Shown here one piece after another: positions 1-9,424 of a stretch of DNA of 45,481 nt (positions are counted from its first letter, which is position 1; the number at the start of each line of letters is the position of its first letter). The notes under the pieces are model-generated. The model was not told the DNA's origin and made no database searches. It was given only the letters and a program-made list of their open reading frames with translations. Source of the stretch: an uncultured Gammaproteobacteria bacterium (GTDB lineage: Bacteria; Patescibacteriota; Microgenomatia; Daviesbacterales; UBA10151); NCBI GenBank assembly GCA_964551255.1, contig CAZKAW010000001.1, forward strand, positions 31,062 through 76,542, in the 5' to 3' direction. A program made the position numbers and the translations under genes.

Positions 1-3
1 AAT

Positions 4-1482
4 TTAATCATGTTTGTTTACAATTAATTTTTTCATCATAGAAACTATTTTTGGCTCTAAAATAAAAACGGAAAGGGTGTATAAAATTAAACCGGTACCA
101 ATCATTAGGATAACCTGAAAGATAGAAATTGGGATAAGAGAGCGAACAATAAATACTGATAACCCCATGATCACAGTAGCAATAAATGGTTTTCCTGTGC
201 TCTGAACATAATCAATACTCACATATTTGGAAATAATAATAAGCGCAATAAAAGATGTCAGCCCAACCAGTGTAAAACCAAAAGCTGCCCCGTTTAATCC
301 ATAATAGGAAAGCGGCGGGATAATAATCCAGCTGATAATTGTCCACATTACCATCAATCTAAAAGTAATGGAAATTTTTCCTATGGCATTTAGGGTATTG
401 GTAAGCGGGGTAGTAACTGCTGCCAGGGCAGAGGTTATACTCAAAAAAGAAAGGGCCATCAAGGCAGGGCTCCATTTGGTATATTTGGGAATAATATTCA
501 CTAAACTCGGTGCCAAAAGATTTAACATTAAAAGGGAGGGGAAAACAAAAAGGCAAACAAAGAAAATTGACTTGGAAACAGCACTAGATAACTCTTTTTT
601 TTGATCTTGCAGCCTGGAAAATGCAGGGAATGTTACTTTAATCACCTGATCCATAAAAAACCGCAGCGGCGCATAGGCCCACTTTTGCGCCCAACCCAAA
701 AGACCAATGCCTGAGGGCCCTAAAATACCTCCCAAAACTAAAATCATCCCATCATCTTTTACCATAGCCAGCAAAGTATTCAACTGATAGGGAATACCAA
801 AATTTAGTATGGAGGACACGGAGGATAAGGAAAAAGAAAATCCCGGAAACCAGGGCTGAATAAGATATGTCGTAGTTAATCCGAAAACTCCCCTGAAAAG
901 AACGGCTATGGTAAAGCTGGTAAGTCCCCATCCCTGCCAGGCCAAGACTACTGCAATTACATAAAAGACAACAGTCTCGACAATTTGTGGCACCACCCAC
1001 TTATTAAACTCCAGCTTTCTTTCCATTAAAACTGTCGGTATGGTTTTTAAGGAAGAAAGCAATAGGGAAAAAGCGAGTGCCCAAAGTAAATATATCGCTG
1101 ACTGATTCAGGTTATAGAGGTTTTTTATCAAAGGGGTAAAAATAAAAACAATTAACAGTAAAAATAAAACCAATGCCTGCTGGATAGTAAAAACTGTTCT
1201 TAATTGAGTTTGAGTTAAACTCTCTTTTTTTTGGATCAAACTGGCAGCAAAACCGATATCTCCAAAATAGGCCAAAAAATTAATTACTGCAGATATCAAA
1301 AAGAATACTCCGTATTCGGAAGGGTCTAAAAAAACTGTTAAAAAAACGGTGGCAAAAAAAGTAACCCCCTGAATAAAAATATTTCTGCCGGTTAAAATTG
1401 CAGCACCCCGAAGAGCTCTTTTTTTTACAACTTCCGCTGTTAAATTGGAAGTCGGATCCAATTGTTCAACACTTTCTGCCAT
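4..1482 (-). CDS. Wzx/RfbX-like polysaccharide (lipid-linked glycan) flippase, MOP superfamily
   Basis: 492-aa multi-pass membrane ORF. The N-terminus KRALRGAAILTGRNIFIQGVTFFATVFLTVFL..YGVFFL..GFAASLIQKK fits the Polysacc_synt/Wzx pattern as I recall it. It is the last gene of a gapless minus-strand run of glycosylation genes. Confidence 0.7.
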   Translation of the reverse strand: MAESVEQLDPTSNLTAEVVKKRALRGAAILTGRNIFIQGVTFFATVFLTVFLDPSEYGVFFLISAVINFLAYFGDIGFAASLIQKKESLTQTQLRTVFTIQQALVLFLLLIVFIFTPLIKNLYNLNQSAIYLLWALAFSLLLSSLKTIPTVLMERKLEFNKWVVPQIVETVVFYVIAVVLAWQGWGLTSFTIAVLFRGVFGLTTTYLIQPWFPGFSFSLSSVSSILNFGIPYQLNTLLAMVKDDGMILVLGGILGPSGIGLLGWAQKWAYAPLRFFMDQVIKVTFPAFSRLQDQKKELSSAVSKSIFFVCLFVFPSLLMLNLLAPSLVNIIPKYTKWSPALMALSFLSITSALAAVTTPLTNTLNAIGKISITFRLMVMWTIISWIIIPPLSYYGLNGAAFGFTLVGLTSFIALIIISKYVSIDYVQSTGKPFIATVIMGLSVFIVRSLIPISIFQVILMIGTGLILYTLSVFILEPKIVSMMKKLIVNKHD

Positions 1483-1483
1483 A

Positions 1484-3175
1484 TTAATAAACTCTTTTTC
1501 TATAATACTTAACCCATTCTCTAATTTTTTTAAGTTTTGATAGAAAAAATAAGATAAGTATTATCAGGGCAGCAAAAGACAGAAGGTTTGACAAAAAACG
1601 AATTTGCGTATCGTATAATCTTCCTTCAATAGTGTGATTTCCTTTTCCCAAAATTATGGTCATTAGTCCCAGACTGTTATTTTCATATTCGACTTTTGTT
1701 TCCTTTCCATCTATAAATATTTTCCAATCCGGGAAATAATATTGAGAGAGTCTGAGAATGGTGTGGGAATTGGTATCGGCTTTAAATTTTAACCAGTTAG
1801 AGCCTTCTTCAAAATCATAAACTTTGGAATCACCGGTTAAGATCTGAAATCTTTCCTTTGCTAATTCAGCCGGCGGCTCTTTTGCAAAAATCGGTAAAAA
1901 ATCATAAATTGATCTTTTGATTTGTCTGTCCCAATTTTTTCCTGATAATAATTCTTTTTCAGAAATATCTATAAATTTTTCCGGCTTAAAATATAAAAAA
2001 TTAAGTGCTACCACCAAAGCAACTAAAATACCCCAAGTAATAATTCTCCTCTCTTTAGCAAAAAAGCTTCCCGACAAAAAAGAAACAAAAAATATAGTAA
2101 TTATTAAAAACCGCCAAGGGAATTGGAGATATTTAAGGGGTTCAATTGAGTCCCAGATAAACTGCGACCTGGGGTTTATCAGAAAAATCGATAGTAAAAT
2201 CATTGCCGAACAAAGCAGTATAAGATAAGCGGTACGCCTTTCCTTAAACCAGAAAAATGTAAGGGTAGACAGAGCTAAAATAAAACCTGTCAGGTGAGCC
2301 CATCCTATCTGATAAGAAAGTTTGTCTTTTTCTCCTCCCGGTACTTCTCTGACCGATGCTCCGTACCCCCAGGACCTTTCTAGGACTAATTTCCTAAGTC
2401 CCTTAAAATGTTCTGTATAAGAAAAGTAGCCTACTGTGGTAGTGTCTACATGCACTAAATTCTTCTCTGCTACCATAGGTATCAGGTAAAAGGCAGACAA
2501 AAGAAGACTGAATAAAAATGCTGCCAGACAAAAAGATAAAAACTTAATATTTTTCTTTACGATATAGTGGAAAAATATCCAAATCATGATTATGGGAATA
2601 AAAAGCATAGTTGATAAATTATGGGAAAGGCTTAAACCTGCCAGGGCCAGTGCAAAAAAAAGTGCATTTTTAATATTTGTGTGTTCAGATAGCATTGTCA
2701 CAGTGAGTAAAATGGCGGGGAAAAACATCATCGCCCACATCTCCCCCATTGCTCCCCTCACGTAAAAATCAACTGCATGATAAGGGGCAAAACTATAAAA
2801 AATAGCTGAGATACTTCCTCCTAAAGTACCCCAGAACCTGGAAGCAAAAAGATACATGAGAACAAAACTTCCTACAAAACTTACAGCAAACATAATCTTA
2901 ACGGAGAAAAGCAAACTTCCTGAAATAAGATAAGATAGCTCTCCAAAATAATAGGGCAGGGGAGCATAATAGTTAAAAAGAGGGTAACCGTACAGACCTC
3001 CTAAATCGGGTACCCACCGACAGGGAATTTGTCTATCTTTAAAACATTTGCCCATTTCATATAATCTGATTGTTTGTACATCATCATGGTAGGAAAAATC
3101 GGAAGATACAAAAAGCGGCCATAGCAGACTTAAAGTCAGTAGTAATCCAATCAAGAAAAATTTATTTTTTGACAT
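1484..3175 (-). CDS. Polytopic membrane protein, putative GT-C-type glycosyltransferase (tandem paralog P1 of 4)
   Basis: 563 aa. TM1 is followed by an acidic loop YHDD..IPCRWVPD..YGYPLFNYY. Shared motifs are YVRGAMGE, WGYGAS and QFPWRFL. The C-terminal beta-rich soluble domain (YYFPDWKIFIDG) ends in a terminal TM helix. From memory it resembles the COG5617 / PTPS_related membrane family; this is unverified. Confidence 0.55.
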   Translation of the reverse strand: MSKNKFFLIGLLLTLSLLWPLFVSSDFSYHDDVQTIRLYEMGKCFKDRQIPCRWVPDLGGLYGYPLFNYYAPLPYYFGELSYLISGSLLFSVKIMFAVSFVGSFVLMYLFASRFWGTLGGSISAIFYSFAPYHAVDFYVRGAMGEMWAMMFFPAILLTVTMLSEHTNIKNALFFALALAGLSLSHNLSTMLFIPIIMIWIFFHYIVKKNIKFLSFCLAAFLFSLLLSAFYLIPMVAEKNLVHVDTTTVGYFSYTEHFKGLRKLVLERSWGYGASVREVPGGEKDKLSYQIGWAHLTGFILALSTLTFFWFKERRTAYLILLCSAMILLSIFLINPRSQFIWDSIEPLKYLQFPWRFLIITIFFVSFLSGSFFAKERRIITWGILVALVVALNFLYFKPEKFIDISEKELLSGKNWDRQIKRSIYDFLPIFAKEPPAELAKERFQILTGDSKVYDFEEGSNWLKFKADTNSHTILRLSQYYFPDWKIFIDGKETKVEYENNSLGLMTIILGKGNHTIEGRLYDTQIRFLSNLLSFAALIILILFFLSKLKKIREWVKYYRKRVY

Positions 3176-4445
3176 CTTCGGGTTGTTTTACTCTCTGCGG
3201 GAGGTAGCGATAAATAAAAAATGCTGCAGCGCTTACAAAAACGGTTTGGAAGATACTTCTTGAAAAATTGTAGTCAATATTTAAACCCATCTGTCCCCAC
3301 AACTCTATCGAGCTAAGAGGGGGGGAAAGCGGGGAAAACAGTCCAAGCGAAAGCGAGGGCCCAAAAATAAAGGCCCCTCCCATATAACTGATAAGCATCA
3401 AAATTACCACAATCAAGTGTCTAAAATTAGAACTTATTAATTCAATAATCAAAAATGGTGTCAACCATAAAAACCACTGGACATGATAGTGAGTAAAAGA
3501 GAAAAACAGCAGTAGAAATATAAAAAATCTCTGCCACAAAAATGTCCCGTTTAAATTTTGATATAAAAGATAAAGGTAGAAAAAAATTACAGATCCTAAA
3601 AACAATATAATGCTTTCTCCTCCCGATATGGAGATTTGGGCGTAAAAACTCTTTAAAGTTTGATTTGCCAAAAGCGCCGTAGTTCTAAATCCGGATGAAG
3701 CCAAAAACGGCAGGATGGTGACAGCATAGACGGCCAGCCCCAAAAGGACTACCAAAAACCTTTTAATCCAACCGTTTAAAGAGGCAGCCAGTGGAATTAA
3801 AAGTAGAAGAGGAAATATTTTATATGAGCCGCCAATCCCCAAAAGGATTGAAGAGAAAAAAATTCTTTTTTCGAAGTTTACACTTTCCGCTTTTATAACC
3901 AGATAAAGAACCAATACTACAAAAAATGTGGGGACAATATCAAATTGACCAATCATATAAGTCGAATAAAGAGTCACCGGGTTAAAAATCCAAAAAATTA
4001 CTGCCCGCACCTGTTCTTTTTTGTTGGTAAAGAGGCGATAAAGGAAATAGGCAATAAGTAAATCAAATACCAGGTAGAATACCTTAAGCAACATAAGATG
4101 GGGAAAAAGCAGGGGGTTTCCGAAAGTACTTTTGGTATTAAACAGAAAAGTGCTGTGGAAATCAGGATTAGTGAAAGAAGTTAAAGCCCAATTTATCGGT
4201 CCCAAAGTAAAATATACGGCAGGGGGGTAGTTAAATAAAGCTACCGGATAGAATTGTAAAAGGATGTCGTTTTTATCCAAAGTAAAAGTGTAATCATAAA
4301 AATTTAAGATTTGCCCTTTGCCCAAAACATACCCGGCCAGATCAAAATGTACAATATCGGAATGAAAGGTGGCGGCCGAAAGAACTAACCTAATAAGCAC
4401 CCCCGTCAGTATAATCAAACCTAATTTTCCTTTTAAGAAGCTCAT
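3162..4445 (-). CDS. Polytopic membrane protein, possible GT-C-like glycosyltransferase
   Basis: 427 aa and very hydrophobic throughout. TM1 is followed by FHSDIVHFDLAGY (acidic first loop). It sits inside the paralog array and overlaps the P1 start by 14 nt. No specific family recognised. Confidence 0.4.
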   Translation of the reverse strand: MSFLKGKLGLIILTGVLIRLVLSAATFHSDIVHFDLAGYVLGKGQILNFYDYTFTLDKNDILLQFYPVALFNYPPAVYFTLGPINWALTSFTNPDFHSTFLFNTKSTFGNPLLFPHLMLLKVFYLVFDLLIAYFLYRLFTNKKEQVRAVIFWIFNPVTLYSTYMIGQFDIVPTFFVVLVLYLVIKAESVNFEKRIFFSSILLGIGGSYKIFPLLLLIPLAASLNGWIKRFLVVLLGLAVYAVTILPFLASSGFRTTALLANQTLKSFYAQISISGGESIILFLGSVIFFYLYLLYQNLNGTFLWQRFFIFLLLFFSFTHYHVQWFLWLTPFLIIELISSNFRHLIVVILMLISYMGGAFIFGPSLSLGLFSPLSPPLSSIELWGQMGLNIDYNFSRSIFQTVFVSAAAFFIYRYLPQRVKQPEDVKK

Positions 4446-4448
4446 AAT

Positions 4449-6089
4449 TTAAATTAGTGCCAGTACTAATGATACTAAAAATCCACCCAAAGAGGCAAAG
4501 TTTAAAATTTTTCTAAACTCTGTTTCTGCATAGTAAACTTGTACTTTGTGTTTGCCTTTTTCTATCAAAACACTTACTTGACCAAACGGTTCGCCGCTTA
4601 TAACCGGTGTACTCACATTATCAATCCTAGCGCTCCAACCTGGGAAATTATATTTATTTACATTAAGCCTTGTTGTTTTTTCTGTTTCTACTTCAAAGCT
4701 TAAGCTTAAATCATTTTGTTTTTCTATGTTTTTTATTCCTTCTTGAGGATAAACAGCAGGGAAGATTTGGTTTGGACGCATCTTGGTTGCTTTAGGCAAT
4801 CTTAAATACTCTTCCTGCGTTTTTAAATATTCACTACTTAAAGCGGGGAAAGGGATGTACTTATTTAAATAATACTCGTCTTTCCTGCCAAGAAAATCTT
4901 CCGGTCTAAAATAAAAAAAAGCAGGGATAATTAAAATTAAAACTAAAAAGAGAAAAATTTTCTTAAATTTGATTTCATCAAAAAGAATAAAAAATAGGGG
5001 AATAAGAAATGTAGTAAGTATCAAAAACCTCCAGGGAAATTGAAAATAGGCAAGCAGAGGCAAAATGTCCCAAATGGGTGTAGATCTAAAATTCATCAAA
5101 AATATGGAAATAAAAACTGCTGAGACTACCCAGGAGGCTATAATCTTTTTTTCCGGACTGATTTTTTTGAAGTTTAGGAAAAAATAAGCTACTCCAATTA
5201 TTAAAACAAGTAAATTAGCACTTCCCAGAAAAAAGGACATTCCATCATATGGCCCGGGTACCGAAGCTCCATACCCCCAATAAGGGGTAAGTAGTTGCTT
5301 TAGAGTGGGAAAATGATCGGCAAAATTAAATACCGTATCGTATTTCATCAGACTACTCTCCCAAAGAGCCGGTAGCCAAAAATATGAGCTTATCAGAAAG
5401 CCTAAAAAAACAGTTAAAATTGATTTAAAAAGATAACTTCTTTTATTATCTGAAATAAAAGTTTGTAAAATAACAAGGAGCAAAACTGCCGGAAAGAACA
5501 TAAAAGCCGTAATATTGTGCGACAAGACTAGGGAGGCAAGAGCAACTGCTCCGATCCCGACCCATTTAAAACTTTTTAAGCGAAGCTTTATTACCGATAA
5601 AACTAAAAGCGGCAGAAAAACGAAACTTATTACCTCCCCCATTGCTCCCCTGATATAGATATCGACAGCTCTGTAGGGTGTATAGATATAAAGCACTGCC
5701 CCAAGCAGATTTACTAGACTGCTTTTACAAAAGTGTCTAAGCAGTAAATACATAAAAATTGCAGAAGAAGGGATGCTTAGGAAAAATAGCGCCTTGATAC
5801 TGTCAACCAGTGACAAACCCAAAAGATGAAATATTTCAGCCAGATAAAAGGGCAGCGGGAAGACAAAATTAAAAAGCGGATAACCGAATCCAAAACTCAG
5901 ATCCGGCACAAACCTGGGGGGAATTTGTCCAATTTTGAGGGTACGATCCATTTCATAAAGCCAGGCAATGTGCAAATCATCCGACGCCCCGTAAAATCCA
6001 GGAACAAATAAAGCCCAGCCGGCCGGGATAGATAAAAGTAAAATCACCAACCACCAGTATTTATTCAAAAAATTTTCTACTTTTTCCAT
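4449..6089 (-). CDS. Polytopic membrane protein, putative GT-C-type glycosyltransferase (paralog P2)
   Basis: 546 aa. Motifs: ASDD..IPPRFVPD..FGYPLFNF, IYIRGAMGE, WGYGAS, QFPWRFL, and a C-terminal domain YNFPGWSARIDN plus terminal TM. Its start overlaps the end of P3 by 29 nt. Confidence 0.55.
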   Translation of the reverse strand: MEKVENFLNKYWWLVILLLSIPAGWALFVPGFYGASDDLHIAWLYEMDRTLKIGQIPPRFVPDLSFGFGYPLFNFVFPLPFYLAEIFHLLGLSLVDSIKALFFLSIPSSAIFMYLLLRHFCKSSLVNLLGAVLYIYTPYRAVDIYIRGAMGEVISFVFLPLLVLSVIKLRLKSFKWVGIGAVALASLVLSHNITAFMFFPAVLLLVILQTFISDNKRSYLFKSILTVFLGFLISSYFWLPALWESSLMKYDTVFNFADHFPTLKQLLTPYWGYGASVPGPYDGMSFFLGSANLLVLIIGVAYFFLNFKKISPEKKIIASWVVSAVFISIFLMNFRSTPIWDILPLLAYFQFPWRFLILTTFLIPLFFILFDEIKFKKIFLFLVLILIIPAFFYFRPEDFLGRKDEYYLNKYIPFPALSSEYLKTQEEYLRLPKATKMRPNQIFPAVYPQEGIKNIEKQNDLSLSFEVETEKTTRLNVNKYNFPGWSARIDNVSTPVISGEPFGQVSVLIEKGKHKVQVYYAETEFRKILNFASLGGFLVSLVLALI

Positions 6090-7728
6090 AAAGGCTTAGA
6101 TATAAAACTATTAGCATAGTGAGACCTGTTAAGGTATTGGCAACCGTTCTAATCGGGGTATCGGTAAATTGGGCAAAAATTAAATGCCTGCCAACCGGTA
6201 AATCCAAACTAATCCTTTTGACATAATTATCGTTTGAATATTTCAGCGCTTCCCCATTTTCATAAACTTTCCAGTTCGGAAAATCAAAAACAGGTATTTC
6301 TATTTTTGATGGTGAGGAAACTATTAAATCTAACCTCCAGTTATTAGATCTTTTTTCAAAAGATTTAATGTCTGCTTCCCCGCTTCTGATAATAGGTTCC
6401 GACGGAGCCGGTTCTATCGGCTCCCCTGCTCCCATAGGTAAGTAATCTCGGATAGAGGCCTTTTGTTGAGTTTCATAAAGCTCACCGCCCAGTTTTTCTT
6501 TATCGGTTAAATTTAAATAAAACTCCCGCGGCTTAAAGTAGTTCCAGTTTAGAAATACTGTTACAATAATCAAAACCCCCAATACCACTCTACCCCACAC
6601 CCCCTTTAAACTATATATTAAAAACCCTGCCAATAAAGAATTGGCAAAAATCGTAACAGACAAAAATCTCCAGGGAAATTGGGCAAACCTTAAAATCCCC
6701 AGACCTTCCCAAATAAAAGCAGATCTGCCGTGGGTCATAAAAACAGACAAAACAAAGAAAACAAACATGCTGAGGCAAATTAAAAGTAATCTCCGGTTAA
6801 TCTTTCTTAAAATAATTAAAGCCGGCAAAGATAGTACTGCCACCGGCCAGTGGGGCCAACCTATTTGAAAGGAGATGGTATCCCCCGCTCCCGGAAAGGA
6901 AGCACCATACCCCCACTTTCTGTCAAAAAATAACTGATATAAGGTGGCAAAGTGAGCCCTAAAATCCAAATCCAGTCTCGTGAGATTATCTATTTGAACT
7001 AAGTTTCTTTCAAAAAAAGCCGGTATGACAAAAAAAGCTGCCAGCCCAAAACCTAATCCCAGGGAAAAAAATACCCTCCTAATAATTTGTCCTTTCCTAC
7101 CCCAAAAAATTATTATAAAAAAAGTCAGGATAACGGGTAAAAAAAGGGTGGATAAAATAGTATGACTTGTTAAAAGAATAGTCAGAGAAAAAGCCAGACC
7201 CAAAAAATTTTTATTATTAAATTCTTTTGAAATTTTCAAACCAAAATATAAAATCAGAGGGATAATTGCTATGGCAAAACTTTCAGCTATGGCACCCCGT
7301 ACGTAAATATCAAGCGCCCGGTATGGAGCAAACATATACAGCACTGCCGAAGCAAGGGCTGCATATTTACTTTCCAGCAATTCTTTCACCAAAAAATACA
7401 TGGCAAAAGCAGCTGAGAAGGCAGCAACTAAAAATAAAGATTTGGCTCCCCCGATAAATCCCACAAAAAAGCTAACTACTCCGCCAAGGTAATAAGGAAA
7501 AACATTATAATAGTTAAAAAGAGGGTAACCGTTCCCATATCCCATTTCGGCAACCCACCGGCAGGGAATTTGTAAGTCCGAAAAGCACTCCCGCATTTCA
7601 AAAATTCTCATTACCTGCAAATCATCATGGTGAGAAAAATAACCGGGTAAAAAAATCGGCCAAACAATAAATGCCGAAAGATAAAACAGCAATAGGACAG
7701 GCCAGTAAATTTTAAGTAAATTTTTCAT
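6061..7728 (-). CDS. Polytopic membrane protein, putative GT-C-type glycosyltransferase (paralog P3)
   Basis: 555 aa. Motifs: HHDD..IPCRWVAE..NGYPLFNYY, YVRGAIAE, WGYGAS, QFPWRFL, FDFPNWKVYENG plus terminal TM. Confidence 0.55.
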   Translation of the reverse strand: MKNLLKIYWPVLLLFYLSAFIVWPIFLPGYFSHHDDLQVMRIFEMRECFSDLQIPCRWVAEMGYGNGYPLFNYYNVFPYYLGGVVSFFVGFIGGAKSLFLVAAFSAAFAMYFLVKELLESKYAALASAVLYMFAPYRALDIYVRGAIAESFAIAIIPLILYFGLKISKEFNNKNFLGLAFSLTILLTSHTILSTLFLPVILTFFIIIFWGRKGQIIRRVFFSLGLGFGLAAFFVIPAFFERNLVQIDNLTRLDLDFRAHFATLYQLFFDRKWGYGASFPGAGDTISFQIGWPHWPVAVLSLPALIILRKINRRLLLICLSMFVFFVLSVFMTHGRSAFIWEGLGILRFAQFPWRFLSVTIFANSLLAGFLIYSLKGVWGRVVLGVLIIVTVFLNWNYFKPREFYLNLTDKEKLGGELYETQQKASIRDYLPMGAGEPIEPAPSEPIIRSGEADIKSFEKRSNNWRLDLIVSSPSKIEIPVFDFPNWKVYENGEALKYSNDNYVKRISLDLPVGRHLIFAQFTDTPIRTVANTLTGLTMLIVLYLSLYGKSRKFFE

Positions 7729-9424
7729 TTTTTTTACTTCGGAAAAGTATAACCATAAGTATCAAAACAGAAGCTACAGTTATTATATTACTTATTTTCC
7801 TTACTGGTGTGTCTTCTAAACGCGCCTCAATTTTGTGCCTGCCTTCCGGCACATTAAAAGTTATCAGACCCAGACAATACTCTTGTCCCCGGCAGTCGTC
7901 ATACCAATGATTAACTTTTCCTCCATCAACTCTTACTTCCATCCCCGGAAAATCAAAAAGAGGCAGTCTTATGGTGGCAGTTTTTTTAACATCTATCTCA
8001 CCTTTTTGATAATTACTTCCCTTTTGAAAACTAATAAGATCCGCCTGTCCGTCTAGAGTATCGGGCAGCAGAGGGGCTTTTTTATTTGGCGGGAGTTTAG
8101 CATATACGGGCAAATAATCAAAAATACTGATGGTAAGTTGTTTCTCCCAGTTCTGCCCGGAAAACTTATCGGAATCGGAAATATTAAGCCAGGCCTTGGG
8201 CTGGAAAATGGGAGCGTGTAATATAAACAGTAAGACTATAATAGTTATACCCGAGCCCAAACTTACTTTTTTACCATAACTTTCTATATTATATATGGCA
8301 AAGGCGCCCAAAACGGAAAGAATAAAAGTGCTGTCGGATAAAAACCGCCAGGGAAATTGCAAAAGTGAAAAAGCAGGAATATTTTCCCAAATAAAAGTTG
8401 ACCTTTGATGCAATAAAAAAAGTACTGCTAACTCCAAAACACCCAGCATCAACATTAAACCTGATAGTTCTTTCATCTTTTTAAGATTAAACAAAGCCAG
8501 TACAACAGCCAAAAGCCCCAAAGCCCAGTGAATTATTCCTGTGGATAGTGATAAATCATCATTGGCCCCCAAATATGAAGATCCATACCCAAAATGATTG
8601 GATAAAAATAGTTGCTTTACACTGACAAAATGCTGTCTCCAGTCAAAATACCCTCCTGTTAAAGTTTCCAGATGGACAAATTTTCCTTCAAAAATTACCG
8701 GTATGGTAAAAAAGGAAGCCACCCCCAACCCTAGCAAAAAGGCAAAAAATACTTTTGGAAAAACTTTCCATTTTTTCCAGATTATAATTTGAGATATAGC
8801 CCAAATTAGTGACAGGGGCAGGAAAATAAAAGACATTAGGTTGTGAGTTGTCAAAAGCAAGGCAGTTGATAAAGCAAGCCAAATTAAATATTTTACTTTA
8901 CCCTGATTTATCAGTTGAAAAATTGACCAAAAAATCAGGGGGAAAAATACAAAAGACCAAAATTCGGATAATGCTCCCCTCACGTAAACTTCCGTAGCTT
9001 TATACGGAGCATAGCTGTAAAGCATCGCCCCTACAAAAGCAGGCCAACTGCCAAACATGGCCTTTAAAAAAACAAACATGGTGACAGCAGAAAGCACAAA
9101 GCCCAAAATAAATAAAATCTTAACCGTATCAATAACCTGGATACCCAAAATATTCAGTAAACCCCCCAGATAAAAAATGCTGGGTGGGTAAAAATTAAAT
9201 TGGGGATAGCCATATTGATATCCCATGTCGGGAATCCATCTACAGGGAATTTGTAGATCCGAAAGGCATTTAACCATCTGGTGAACCCTGAAGGCTTGCA
9301 AATCATCCTGCATGGGAAAAAACCCGGGACGAATCAGAGAATAAAAGGTGGGCAAAATTAAAAGCAAAAGCAGAAGAAAAATTTTTAGCATCTTAAGGTA
9401 GTACTTGATATAAAACCGTGGCAT
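7712..9424 (-). CDS. Polytopic membrane protein, putative GT-C-type glycosyltransferase (paralog P4)
   Basis: 570 aa. Motifs: MQDD..IPCRWIPD..YGYPQFNFY, YVRGALSE, FGYGSS, QFPWRFL, FDFPGMEVRVDG plus terminal TM. The ATG at 9424 has a GGAGGG Shine-Dalgarno (9433-9438, minus strand) 8 nt upstream. An alternative ATG at 9391 would remove the 32-nt overlap with the upstream gene. Confidence 0.55.
   Translation of the reverse strand: MPRFYIKYYLKMLKIFLLLLLLILPTFYSLIRPGFFPMQDDLQAFRVHQMVKCLSDLQIPCRWIPDMGYQYGYPQFNFYPPSIFYLGGLLNILGIQVIDTVKILFILGFVLSAVTMFVFLKAMFGSWPAFVGAMLYSYAPYKATEVYVRGALSEFWSFVFFPLIFWSIFQLINQGKVKYLIWLALSTALLLTTHNLMSFIFLPLSLIWAISQIIIWKKWKVFPKVFFAFLLGLGVASFFTIPVIFEGKFVHLETLTGGYFDWRQHFVSVKQLFLSNHFGYGSSYLGANDDLSLSTGIIHWALGLLAVVLALFNLKKMKELSGLMLMLGVLELAVLFLLHQRSTFIWENIPAFSLLQFPWRFLSDSTFILSVLGAFAIYNIESYGKKVSLGSGITIIVLLFILHAPIFQPKAWLNISDSDKFSGQNWEKQLTISIFDYLPVYAKLPPNKKAPLLPDTLDGQADLISFQKGSNYQKGEIDVKKTATIRLPLFDFPGMEVRVDGGKVNHWYDDCRGQEYCLGLITFNVPEGRHKIEARLEDTPVRKISNIITVASVLILMVILFRSKKNEKFT

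Noticed and set aside
359-1000. Short ORFs (359-556, 368-604, 752-1000) within the flippase gene, and many 60-100-aa ORFs within the membrane-protein genes
   Set aside because: They are embedded in long, coherent hydrophobic ORFs. The AT-rich sequence produces many short spurious frames.
1226-1426. Homopolymeric T/A runs of 7-8 nt in coding regions (for example 1226-1233, 1419-1426, 15371-15378) as possible phase-variation tracts
   Set aside because: Runs of this length are expected in sequence this AT-rich. They are not unusually long and are not concentrated near 5-prime ends.
9389-9391. Alternative ATG start for paralog P4 that would avoid overlap with the upstream gene
   Set aside because: It has no Shine-Dalgarno upstream, whereas the ATG at 9424 has GGAGGG at the ideal spacing. 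It is kept only as a noted alternative.
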